This document shows, one piece after another, positions 49,827-60,610 of a stretch of DNA of 64,000 nucleotides; position 1 is the first letter of the stretch; each line of letters begins with the position of its first letter. Source of the stretch: Vitrella brassicaformis CCMP3155. Lineage: Eukaryota; Protista; Chromerida. A program made the translations under genes and the position numbers. The stretch is from the NCBI GenBank assembly GCA_001179505.1, contig CDMY01000878.1, forward strand, positions 124,001 through 188,000, read 5' to 3'. The notes under the pieces are model-generated. The model saw only the letters and a list, made by a program, of their open reading frames with translations. It searched no databases and was not told where the DNA came from.

Positions 49827-52052
49827 ATGCATGTCCTGGGCCGTTTGGCTGACAGACTCAAGGACTTCGCCGAGACCGTTGCCGACTCCATCACAGGCCT
49901 CGGTGTAGATGGCGATGCGTACCTGGGTCCCACCGCGCCCGTCTACATTCATCGGAACATCATCGCCATCCCCTTCCCGTCGCATGAGCTTCTCCCAGAT
50001 CTCGCGGAGGTGTTGAACGCCAACCATGGCAGCAATTACCTGGTGCTCAACATGTCGGAGAGGACCTACGATGCCTCGAGATTCAACGGGCAGATCGTGG
50101 ACGTGCAGTTCAGGGGCATGCCGTCGCCCCCTCTGGATCTGCTGCTCAAACTGTGTGTGTCGTCCAGCCAGTGGTCGGCACCAAGAATCAGACATTCACT
50201 TCATGCTCTCGGGATGGTTTCCATGTGTGTCGCTGTATTGTGTTTGGTTCGCAGGTTGCTGTCTGACGCTCAAAATGTGATTGTGGTCCACTGCTACCAC
50301 GGCTTCAGCCGAACTGCCGTCTTCATCGCATCCTTCCTGGTCAGACGAAGGGAATCAGTCAGCTCTCACTCACTAAGCCTCGGTCGGTGTGGGCATCTTG
50401 TTGCCTCGCCCGTCGTCTTGTTCAGTCGTGGATAGGTCTGTGCAAGAACCCTCACGTAGCGCTCCAGAAGGTGTGTGAGGTCCTGGGCCTGACCAGCACG
50501 CCATCGCCGCGTGTGGTGCTGCCGTCACAGTGGAGGTATCTGCACTACTTTGCGAGGTTGCAACGCGGCGAAATGGTGAGAGCAAGGAAGGGGCGAACAG
50601 AGTCCGCGAACACATCGATTTGCCGCCTCTTGTCCACTTGTTCAGCCTGAGCACGCGTCATTGATGCTGCGGCGCATACTGATCAACGGGATCCCCGTGC
50701 TGTCCCCGCCCATCGTCGTCCATGACTCCCTCGTCCCGGCGGCGGCAGTCGCCTTCCGGCCATTCTACGAGGTAGGCAGTGCAGTGCCAGCAACAACCAC
50801 CAAGAAGCAACACCGACCCGACCGCCCTTTTTGTGTGTCTTCCCTCTGTTTCACAGGTGTGGCAGGCAGGGGAGCTCATCTACTCTTCCCTGCCTGAAGC
50901 ACCAACAGCAGCAGCTCCACCACCAGCCGACGCACAACCACAGCCATCGAACGGGCAGCCTGACGAGCACACGGCCGACGGGCAGCAGATTGCCAGTGAG
51001 GCGATGGCGGCCCTGAGCGACCATCGTGAGGCGGCGCTGCCTGGCTATGCGGTCGAGGATGGGACAGTCAGGTTCGAATGCAGCCTCAAAGTGACGGGTA
51101 ATACGAAGAAGGGGATTGGTGCCTCTGCAGGGATGGGTGTGCTGTTGTGTTGCTGGTGTGATGGCAGGTGATGTGTTGCTCCGCGTGAGGCACCAGGCAG
51201 ACGATGGGACCAAGTGCTCGGCCTTTCGAGCGGCCTTTCACACAGCATTCGTTCCAAGTGAGCCGTGCAGTCCAGAGTGACGAAAAACACCCCGCACATG
51301 ACAGTCTTCACTGCGCGCGTCTGTGTCCCTTTCTGTCTACAGATGACACTCTGTGTCTCAAGCTGGGTCTCTCCGAGCTCGACGGTGCGGCAGGCGACGT
51401 CCGCTTCCCAGCCGACTTCTTCGTCGATCTGATGTTCGAGCCATCCACTGACCCTGATGATGATGGTGAGCGCGTGGCGGCCCTCCGCAGCCTCGTCACA
51501 AGGGGGCAGGAGAAGGCGCAGGAGGTCAAGGCCGAGCTGCTTCGCCGCGTGAGGGCACGAAAAGACGCAGAAAAGAGGACGGCGCAGCTGGAGGAGCTTC
51601 GTAAGACACACACAGACACATACACATACACACACATCCGTATCGGCGCAAACACAGATGTGTGCCGTTTGTTTCTTCAGGTATGCGAGCGAAGCTCTTC
51701 AAGGAGCAAGCCGAGCAACAGACAACCTCCACCCGGCCGCCAGCTGATGTCGACACTGGTGACGAGAGGAACGGCGCGATGCCGGAGAGCAGCGCGGCAA
51801 TCTCACCCGAACCGCACCATGTGAGCAACGAGCCACACATACCCATACGCGCATGGCCAGCATGCAGCATCGTCATGGTGCGCTGTGTCCATGTGTCAGG
51901 TAGACCTGGCTCATGAGGAGGAGCGGGAGCATGGCGACAAGCACGATGTGGAGGATATATACGACATGGACTGGACGACCGACATGCTCTCGCCAAAGGG
52001 AGGCAACGGGACGGGGGAGGGCGGCGGCGAAAATGATGATGGAAGTGAGTGA
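49827..52052 (+). CDS. PTEN/tensin/auxilin-type phosphatase domain + PTEN-C2 domain + coiled coil
   Basis: NIIAIPFP, YLVLNMSERTYDASRF, VVHCYHGFSRTAV, PSQWRYLHYF, LRRILINGIP, FRPFYEV, GDVLLRVRH, RFPADFFVDLMF. Confidence 0.85.
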
Positions 52053-52357
52053 GCCAAATGTATCCGCCTTGTATCTGTGAAGCTTAGATGTATCATGTGT
52101 ACTTCCGGCCGTGCGTGAAGGACTAGTGCTTTTTGTGTATATCTGCTGTGATCGGTGAGATGCGGCGACCGTCTGCAGCTCCCTTATGCCACCCCCACCA
52201 CGTTCATCATCTTCTTTCTGTGAGACACAAGAGATGATGAGTGAGGGCGACGTGACAGAAGAGGGTTTCAGATGACATGCACTGACAATTCAGCCTTCCA
52301 GTCCACTACTGGGCCCCGCTGCATGCTTGTGAATGAAAGAAAGCCCACGCCTCATCT

Positions 52358-52367
52358 CGCGAGCTTA
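52358..52367 (+). promoter_or_regulatory. Candidate promoter motif (CGCGAGCTTA)
   Basis: About 35 bp upstream of the carrier ATG at 52402. Confidence 0.5.
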
Positions 52368-52401
52368 GAAGTCTCAAGCACTTGAACAGATCTTGGCATA
52401 G

Positions 52402-53882
52402 ATGAGGCTGTTTTGGTCCCTTTCACACGTATGGATGCCATGCATCCTCAGCGCTGCGTCCGCCAGCCCCGCCTTCTTGCGACTACCACATGCAAATGGT
52501 GTGCCCGTTCCATGCCTTTCGACGCTGAAGACTCATCACTTGCCGCCTTCCCGTCCACCACCTTTCTGGGCTGTCCGTCGAGATGGCGCTCTTGGTGCCG
52601 TCGGAGAGCCGCCACCAAGAAGGCACCATGCAGCAGCAGCGTCCACATCCTCGGCGCATGAGCGGACACTTACGGCAACACGGGAGAGGAGGCAAGATGA
52701 ACATGATGACTATGCTCTTTCAACAAGGCGGCACAGCCGCAGGGAGGGCACGTTCAGTCGGCGCGAAGCGCTCCAGCATGGACAGGAGCGACTTGCAATG
52801 GCACTGGCCATCGCTCTATCCACCTGCTTTCCTCCCTCGTCTGCAGAGGCTGCAGTTGCTGTCGAGCTGCCTAACGTGCAAAAGAAGTTTGCAGACGGCT
52901 CTCTGGCTCTTTCACCCTCTTCCTCTGAGCCGGCTTCTGCACCACTATCATCAGCCACGGCCAAGAAGGTCGACGTGAAGACCATTCTTCAGAAGTCAGC
53001 CAAGCGTGCCGTCGGTGGCGGGCTCTCAGGGTCGGCCGCGTCGGTGCTGCAGGTGTTTTCCCTCATGTGGCTGCGGACGTCCATGAACTATCAGTACACT
53101 ACGGGTCTGCCTCTCAACACGACGCTGGCCACCCTGTGGAGCGAGGGAGGGGTTCCGAGGTTCTACCGCGGGCTGCCCTTTGCTCTGGTGCAGGCGCCGC
53201 TGAGCAAGTTCGGCGACACGGCCGCCAATGCTGGTGTGCTGGCTCTGTTGGACTCGTTCGAGTCGACTATGGGGCTGCCGCTGTTTGTCAAGACGGCGAG
53301 CGCATCTGTGGCTGCTGGGCTGTGGCGAATTGTAAGCCACATACAGGCAATGGCCAAAACATGCTGACTGACCATTTGTCTGTGTTTGTGCAGGTGATAT
53401 TTCCTGTCGATACGTTCAAGACCACGATGCAGGTGCGGGGCGCGGCCGGCATTCCCCAGGTCTCCGACAAAGTCAAGGAGACCGGCCCCACCGTCCTCTA
53501 CAACGGCGCAATCGCCGCATCAGCCGCCACATTCGTCGGGCACTATCCGTGGTTCTTCACCTACAACTACCTGCAGGAGCACCTGCCGCCCGTGGAACCG
53601 GGGGACACTCTGATGAAGCTGATGCGCAACGCCTTCATCGGGCTTTGTGCGTCAAGCCTGGCGGACTCGCTGTCCAACTCGTTGAGGGTCATCAAGACGA
53701 CCAAGCAGACGAGCGAGGATTCGCCGTCGTATCGGGAGGTGGTCTCGGGGATTATTGAGAAGGATGGTGTGAGGGGCCTGTTTGGGAGGGGTCTTGCGAC
53801 GAGGCTGCTGACGAATGGTGTGCAGGGGATGCTGTTTGCTGTCGCGTATCGGTTCTTTGAGGAACAGTTCTTCAAGAAGTGA
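52402..53882 (+). CDS. Mitochondrial-carrier-family (SLC25-fold) protein with a long signal + transit-like leader
   Basis: GGGLSG..MWLRTSMNYQY, EGGVPRFYRGL, FPVDTFKTTMQ, LYNGAIA, SLRVIKTTKQ, KDGVRGLFGRGL; intron 53332-53393; N terminus ..ILSAASASPAFL. Confidence 0.85.
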
Positions 53883-54110
53883 GTGTTGTAGGTTTGTCTA
53901 TGTGGGTGTGAGTGTGTGTGAAGTGTGGTACCTTTTGTCTGGTACGGTAGCGAGTGAGTATTTGTGTGCAGATTGAGGACCGCAATAGACGTAGCGTAGG
54001 ACACCAGCCGTTTTAAGACTTGATGCGACAGTCAATACGAGTCATCTATCGTCCCTGTCGATCCCCCCTCAAATGCATAATCAGCACTCAAGGACACTCA
54101 TCCCAGCTAG

Positions 54111-55195
54111 TCACTCAAGCCGCCCCTCTCCCTGCACATCTGTCGGCCTCTGATGCGTGCCTGCGCTCCCCCACCCCGGCAGCTCCCGCCTGACGGCCCT
54201 GTCACACTCCTGAATCTTGCTCAGCACGGGGTCATGACTGCGTTGCTGCAGCACATCTGCCGGCCGATATGGCTGCACCTGGCCCCAGCTCTCGATGTCC
54301 GACACGATCTTGCGTATTGGGTAGAAGAACGGCTTGGCAAACATGGCGTAGCGGTCGATGGGCGGGAAGATGAGGTGCAGCAGCACCTGGTTGAACTCAT
54401 TGGGGTAGTTGCAGCCCACCACGGCAAATTGCTCAACCAGCTGCGGCGAAATGGGCCGCTTGGTGTGCTGCATGATGGCTGTGGTGAGGCTCCTGTAGCC
54501 CTCCCGGACCATTCGCCGCAGCAGCTTGAGGTCGTTCTTGCGCAGAGATCGGATATCGTACATCGTGTCCTGAGTGAGTGAGGCGCACACAAAAACGGCA
54601 CACACCACAGACAGACACACAAACACATCAAACACAGCCCAGCCAGCATCTGCAGCCATGCATCTCGTGTGTGCGCACCTACCTTTGACAGCGCGCAGAG
54701 GTGGAACTGTGCCGTCGGGTAGGGGTAGCGCACCACCAGCACCTCGTAGGACCGGTAGTACTCAACCAGCTGCCCATCAGGACCATCAAGCTCCCCATCG
54801 ATGAATGCAGGTCGTGCACGACCAGAACCCACAGCAGTAGCAGAAGAAGCCCCTGGTCGAGAAGCTGCAGCTGCCGGCCCTCGCTTGAGCATGGCGTCGT
54901 GAATGATCTCCTTGCCGCCTCGCGTGATGTGCTGGTCGGTGAGCTTGGTGTCGCAGAAGGTGCACCTGTCCAGCGGGAGTATGTTTGGCTTCTGGCAGGT
55001 GGGGCAGATCTTCTTGTAGTAGATGTTGGCGAAGTACTTGGACAGACTGCTCGAATGCAGATGCCGGGGCCGCGGTTGTCGGTGCAGGTTCGAGCGGCAG
55101 GACGACGGCAGGCACATCACTGGTGGGTCAAGGGTGGATGCAAGCCGCTCTGCTGCGTTGACGGGAGGCACCAGCCGCACCCTCATCGCTCGCAT
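54111..55195 (-). CDS. Zinc-ribbon + degenerate HIT/DcpS-C-like fold protein (2 exons)
   Basis: CPTC..CTFC zinc ribbon; VVRYPYPTAQFHLCALSK|DTMYDIRSLRKNDLKLLRRM and GCNYPNEFNQVLLHLIFPP resemble the aprataxin/HINT3/DcpS-C pattern by eye; Arg/Ser-rich leader. Confidence 0.55.
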
Positions 55196-55279
55196 CTTCA
55201 GTCAGTGATAATCGGCGGACGTGGAAGATGAGATCTGCACATCAATTTGCCGAGATCTAACAGTCGCCGGAATGAAAAG

Positions 55280-55289
55280 TGCGAGCTAA
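55280..55289 (+). promoter_or_regulatory. Candidate promoter motif (TGCGAGCTAA)
   Basis: Between 55195 and about 55369. Confidence 0.5.
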
Positions 55290-55368
55290 ATGAGTTGGCG
55301 CCCTCTTCGGCCGTTCAGATCTCTCAGGCCTTTCGCTGCTCCCCTGGCCAGACCCTTGATGTGCCACG

Positions 55369-56322
55369 ATGTCAGCAGGCGAGTTTGCAAAGACACATCA
55401 GCGCGTCGAGGGGGACCCCTTCACGTTTGTTGATCTGAGGCGCATCCAGAAGGTGAGCTCGAGGTGGAAAGGGGAAACACACATGCATTCCGCATGCCTA
55501 CGCCTGTTCCTGTGTGTGCAGCACGCGAACGCTGCCCGTCAGCCTGATGGAGTGCCGCCCAGTCAGCCGTCCGTTCAGCAGATGGGGCCCAGCACATCTG
55601 CCTCTGTTCGCCATGACGGCTCGTTTTTCTACGATAGCTACTCAGGGCAGCAGCTGAGGTACAGCAAAATGACGCACGCCTTTGCACTGGTATTCTTGAT
55701 GATTGTGTCTGTTTGTTCGAATGTCTGTCTGTCTGTCTGTCAAGGCATCCATTGGGTTGTGAGAGGGATGGCGACTTGTATGTGTGGGAGAGGTCGTGGG
55801 AGTCACTCGGCGACCTATTCGACAACTTCCGCCTGCCTGACCCTTCACAAGACAGTGCAGAGTTCAACGCACCGGTAGGGACGGATTCATGGCGTCTCTC
55901 CATCCGTGTGTGTTCTGTGTGTCAGCGGCTGCCTCCCATGTCGCACACAGTGGCCATGGACGCCTACAGAGAGCTCGACTGGCGGGATTACCTCGATGCG
56001 GAGATGCACACGTGGGCAAAGGACACACGGGAGACAGCGGATAGGTGGAAAGTGTGTGTATCTGTGTATCTGTGTGATTTACATGGAAAGTCCTGGTAGC
56101 ACGTACTCGACGCAGTCGACAACCGTGACGCTCACCAAGGGGGTAACTTCTGACAGAGTTGTTTCGGCATGGAGTGAGTGTGGATCTCTCTCTCTCTCTC
56201 TGTGTGTCTCTCTCTCTCTCTGTGTGTGTGTCTGTGTGTCTGTGTGTGTGTGTGTCTGTGTGTGTGTGTGTGTGTGTAGGCGCCTGACAGTGAAGTATTT
56301 GAGCCTCTTAGCAAGGCTCTGA
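55369..56322 (+). CDS. Hypothetical protein (multi-exon)
   Basis: In-frame exons with canonical junctions (FVDLRRIQK|HANAAR; YVWERSWESLGDLFDNF; LDWRDYLDAEMHTWAKD); no recognisable domain; start uncertain. Confidence 0.5.
56185..56277. repeat. Compound (TC)n/(TG)n microsatellite filling an intron up to the TAG acceptor
   Basis: Seen directly. Confidence 0.9.
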
Positions 56323-57107
56323 GGGAGAACGCTGACTATATGCGCTACGTGTGGAGAACGGGATGCCTCATGTAGACGTAGATTTGACGTGTAGATCATG
56401 ATTATCTGTGGTGCACAGAGGTAGGGCCAGCCGCGTGTAGAGTGACTGATCTCTGCATGCGATGGATCTCACAGACAACAGGTTGAGGTGCCAAAACGGT
56501 GCGTTGACTGATGGCTGGCACCTCTGTCTGCTATGGACTGTCCATACGTCCGATGGCTGTCTGTCTGTCTTTTTTCTTCCTTCCTCCTTGGCCTCATTGC
56601 ATGAGTGCAGGCCGTGTCAGTCGAGTCCCCGCTTGCGAAACGTGGTGCGGGAGCTGCGCCGTTCCACGCATCCCAAACGAGATCATCAACAACACGACGC
56701 GCAGCGCACGCAGCCGAGGCAGACACAGCATCAAGATGCTCGCAAAGCGGGCAGCAGAGAGCTTCCTCCTTCCCCTCTTTCTCAGTCCGTCGCGCACCCA
56801 CCCAGGCACCCGCAATGCGCATCCCTTGACCCACACGAAAAAGCTTGAGGGCAGCAGCGACGAGAAACACCCATCCATCCATCCATCAAACAGACACACG
56901 CACACACGGGGGGCCGCTGAATTCACCTGGACAACAAATGCCCTCAAACCTAACCAAAGCCTGAGCCCTGAGCCCCTGATCTGACACCCACCCCACCACC
57001 CTCCCTCACTCCCTCCCTGCCTCAATTCTTCCTTCTGTCCTTGCTGCTTAGACACAAATCGCAGAGGACTGCTTAGACTGCGGGGGAGGGGCTTGTGTGA
57101 GCTTCAA

Positions 57108-58345
57108 TTACTGAATCACCATCCCCCCTCCGCCCCTCTGCCCCCATCCGGAAGCACACCCACCGCTCGGACCCCACGAGTGCATGCCCGTGCCCATGCC
57201 CGTCTCAGGCATCCACTCGTGGCCGTCAAAACACTCGCGGCACTCGAAGTCGTAGTGCTCCTGCTCGAGCTGCTGCTGCTGGGAAAACCACTCCTCGGCA
57301 CAGGCGTACTCGTACTCATCGACGGGATGCGGCACGGGTGAGCCGACGGGGAGCATGAAGACGTCCTCAGCGATGGTGCACATGGCCTCTGCCGGCAGGT
57401 CGCGCAGCGGCATCTGCACCACACTGTAGCTGAACTGCTGCTGCTCCTGCTGCTCTTGGGGGGAGTGAGGGGGAGGGGTCGAAGGCAAGGCTGAGCTGCC
57501 GCCATCACGGCAGAGGTGCGCCATCGGGCCCTGGCCGTAGGGGTAGAAGCTCTTTTCACACATGTAGCCCTTCTCGTACATCTGCACGCCGTCATCAGCC
57601 CCTCCTCCCTTGCGCATGCCCTTGATGCCGCCGATGCTGCTGCTGCTGCTGCTGGGCACAAACTCCTTGGCGCTCGCGTTCAGCCGGGACTGGCACTTGG
57701 GTGTCGTCGTGTCGACGACGTGTGCCTTGCCGCTGCCGCTGCCGGTGCTGGTGCTGGTGCTGGGGGCAGGGTGCGCCACCTCCGGTCCGCGCTTGTCTGC
57801 ACTGAGGGCCTTGACAGACGTCTTGGAAGCCGCCAGGGAGAAGGGTACGGGTGCTGGTGCTGATGGTGTGGGTGTGGGTGTGGGTGTGGTGACTTCGGGT
57901 GCTGTGTTGTTGCTGCTGTTGACAGGGGGTGGTGAGGGGGGAGGTGTGGGGGGCAGGATGGGCCGGTTGGGGTCAGGGATGGTGCTGCGGCTGGCTAGCT
58001 TCTTGCCGCTGTCGGGGGGGCAGACGAGCCTGTGGATGCGCTTGAACTGCATGACACACAGACAGGTGTTGTACGACATGCCCACGATGGGCGTGTGCAT
58101 CTGTTCGACGTACCTGGTTCTGCGATAGCCACGCGCTCTTCTTCCACTTGCCGTCCTCTGAGCAATCTGCGACACACGAGAAGAAGCACACACGCCCATG
58201 CCCATGGCCCACACGCGGATGCACGTGTGTGTGCGTGCGCTGGCTTACAGCTGATGATCCTGTCCAGAGTGGCCGTGACGTTCTGCCGCACAGCCGGCGG
58301 CAGGTCGCGCTGCAAATCCCTCTCGAGCTCAATTATCATCTGCAC

Positions 58346-58377
<32 letters not shown>

Positions 58378-60335
58378 GCACCATAGGTGCAATGTGAACA
58401 CACACTCGCGCATCTGTCGGTCGCTCACTCACTCACCGTCCAGGTCATCTCATGTTCCTCCCTCTCCCTGCTCCATACACCGCTCTCGCGACCAAACAGA
58501 TCGTCGACACGGTCCATCAGATGGGCACTGGTGGTGGCGTCGCCCTCGGAGCTGTCGATGTGTGTCTTAGTGTGTGTCGGCAGCATGATGTCGCTGTGCA
58601 GCGTGCCGAGGGCCTGGCGCCACTCGGCAAGCTCGAGACGCCGCTCCTTGACGCGGCGCAGGTAGATGCGGGCCTTCTCCATCTGCAGACCATCACACAC
58701 ACATGCGGGTGTGCTTGTGTTAGGGAGGGGTGCGTGTGTGTGTGTGTGTGCGTGGGTACATCTAATTTCATGTTGGGGTAGAGCGAGTCGATCTTGGCGT
58801 CGCCGTTCGGGAAATGCTCCAGACAGAGGTCCTCCAACTTGCTGCAGTGCACGACCAACGACCAAGCACCCACACAGAACCAACCCCAGCTGCACTGCAC
58901 TCCCTGTCCCTCTCCGATGGTCCAGCCATGTCATGTGTTGTACCTAGAGATGTTGAGTGCGCATCCCACGGCAGCGTTGTTGGCGCAGTGGAAGATGGAG
59001 GGGTGGATATCGCCGAGGCGCCAGCGGGGAAAGGCCACGTCCAGCGACCTCAGACACGACCTCACGCGATTCGAATACTCTACCTGCACCACAAGGCAGC
59101 AGGACAAACCACACAGGGGCCATAGATGCGCGTGTTGGTTGGTGGCACATGCGGGTGTTGGCGTCATGGCGTCACCTTCTCCCTCTTGGCGGCTTCCTCC
59201 TCGACGGTCCGCGCCTGCCGAATGCGCGCCAGCATCCCGCTCAGCACGTCTGCCTGCTGCTGCGTGATCCACCGCCGCTCCGCCCCTCTGCTGTCGTCGT
59301 GTGTGCGCGAGTTGAGCGCCGCCTCGAGCACACGGATGGTGCGCTCCTTGAGGTACTGTGGCGGCTTGGTGAACCACGGAGCATCGCCCAACGCAGCCAG
59401 CGACTGCACACATACAAGACACTCATGTGACATCAGTCAGTGTCGATGTGGTGTTGTTGCAGGCACCCACCCACTCACTGACCTCGAAGAGTTTCAGCCG
59501 CTCTGCGTCGGTCTTCTTGTATATCTCGTCAGTGTGGGCGAAGAAAGTCTCGAGCAGCAGGCCCTGGCCGTGCTTCTTGGGGGCGGAGATCAGATCGTCA
59601 AACACCGCACTCAACTTCCAGATACACCACACACAGACACACACACACAGAGAGAGAGAGAGAGATGGGGATGTGTATACAGCGCGATATATGTGTGTGT
59701 CTGCCCAGTGTGCACATCGATGTCGCCCACACTGACCAGTTTGCGGAAGTCGGGTGACTCCTGTGAGGCCGAGGGGGGTCGGCGTGTCGAGGACGGACAG
59801 GCCGGCCTCTTGCACGGATCACGACCACGACCCAGAAACCGCAGCGCGATACGAACCTGCCACACACAACGCACACACACAGGTGAACGAAACAGCAAGG
59901 AAAACCCTTCACAGGCCCACTGACGTCTTCGCGCAGGTCGCTATCGAGAGGGTCCTCCTGGTGTGCCGCCAACACGCGCTCCCGCCACTGCAGGAGGTTG
60001 ACGAGGTGCCGCCTCAGAGCAGTGCCGCGCTCACACAACGCCACGGCAGCCTGCTCCGTCCGCCACTGCGGATGCAGCTTCGTCACACCCGCCAGGATGC
60101 CCTTCAGCTTGTCATTGAACTTGTCACGGTACCGCTCCGCGCACTGCGACGTGCACTGCGTGTGAGCCTGTGACACAACAACACGGCGACGATGCTGCAA
60201 ATGGAGCTTTTGGCCGCTTCTTTGGTGAGTGTGTTGACTGACCTTCGATTCCCCGCCTGAGCAGCTGTTTGCAGCGGGCGATGCCTGCCGCTCGTGGCGA
60301 GGAGGGATGGCAGTCTTGGGTTTGGCTGAGGCCAT
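57108..60335 (-). CDS. Large alpha-helical protein with a C-terminal low-complexity region and a PAM2 motif
   Basis: Multiple in-frame exons; SRLNASAKEFVPS at about 57651-57689 fits the PAM2 consensus (SxLNxxAxEFxP). Start MASAKPK is assumed. Confidence 0.65.
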
Positions 60336-60610
60336 GTCCCCTCTGCCTCTATCCTCCTTCATACCCGAAGGAAGAGCCATCATCAAAACGACGCAAGAGA
60401 GGTTTTCTCGCTGAGGTCGTTTCATCCACTGCCCTATTCCAGAGCGCGCCAGAGATCTCCGCACCGTTGGGAGCAGGTACGTCACGAAGGGATGCATTGA
60501 ATTGCCAACGTAGACGTCCTCGATAACCAGTGTCACATTCTTGCAGTGCCCTTGTGCCTGATCTCCATCGCTCGACGTGCTCTTTGGCAATCGCATCTCG
60601 TCTGCGGCTC

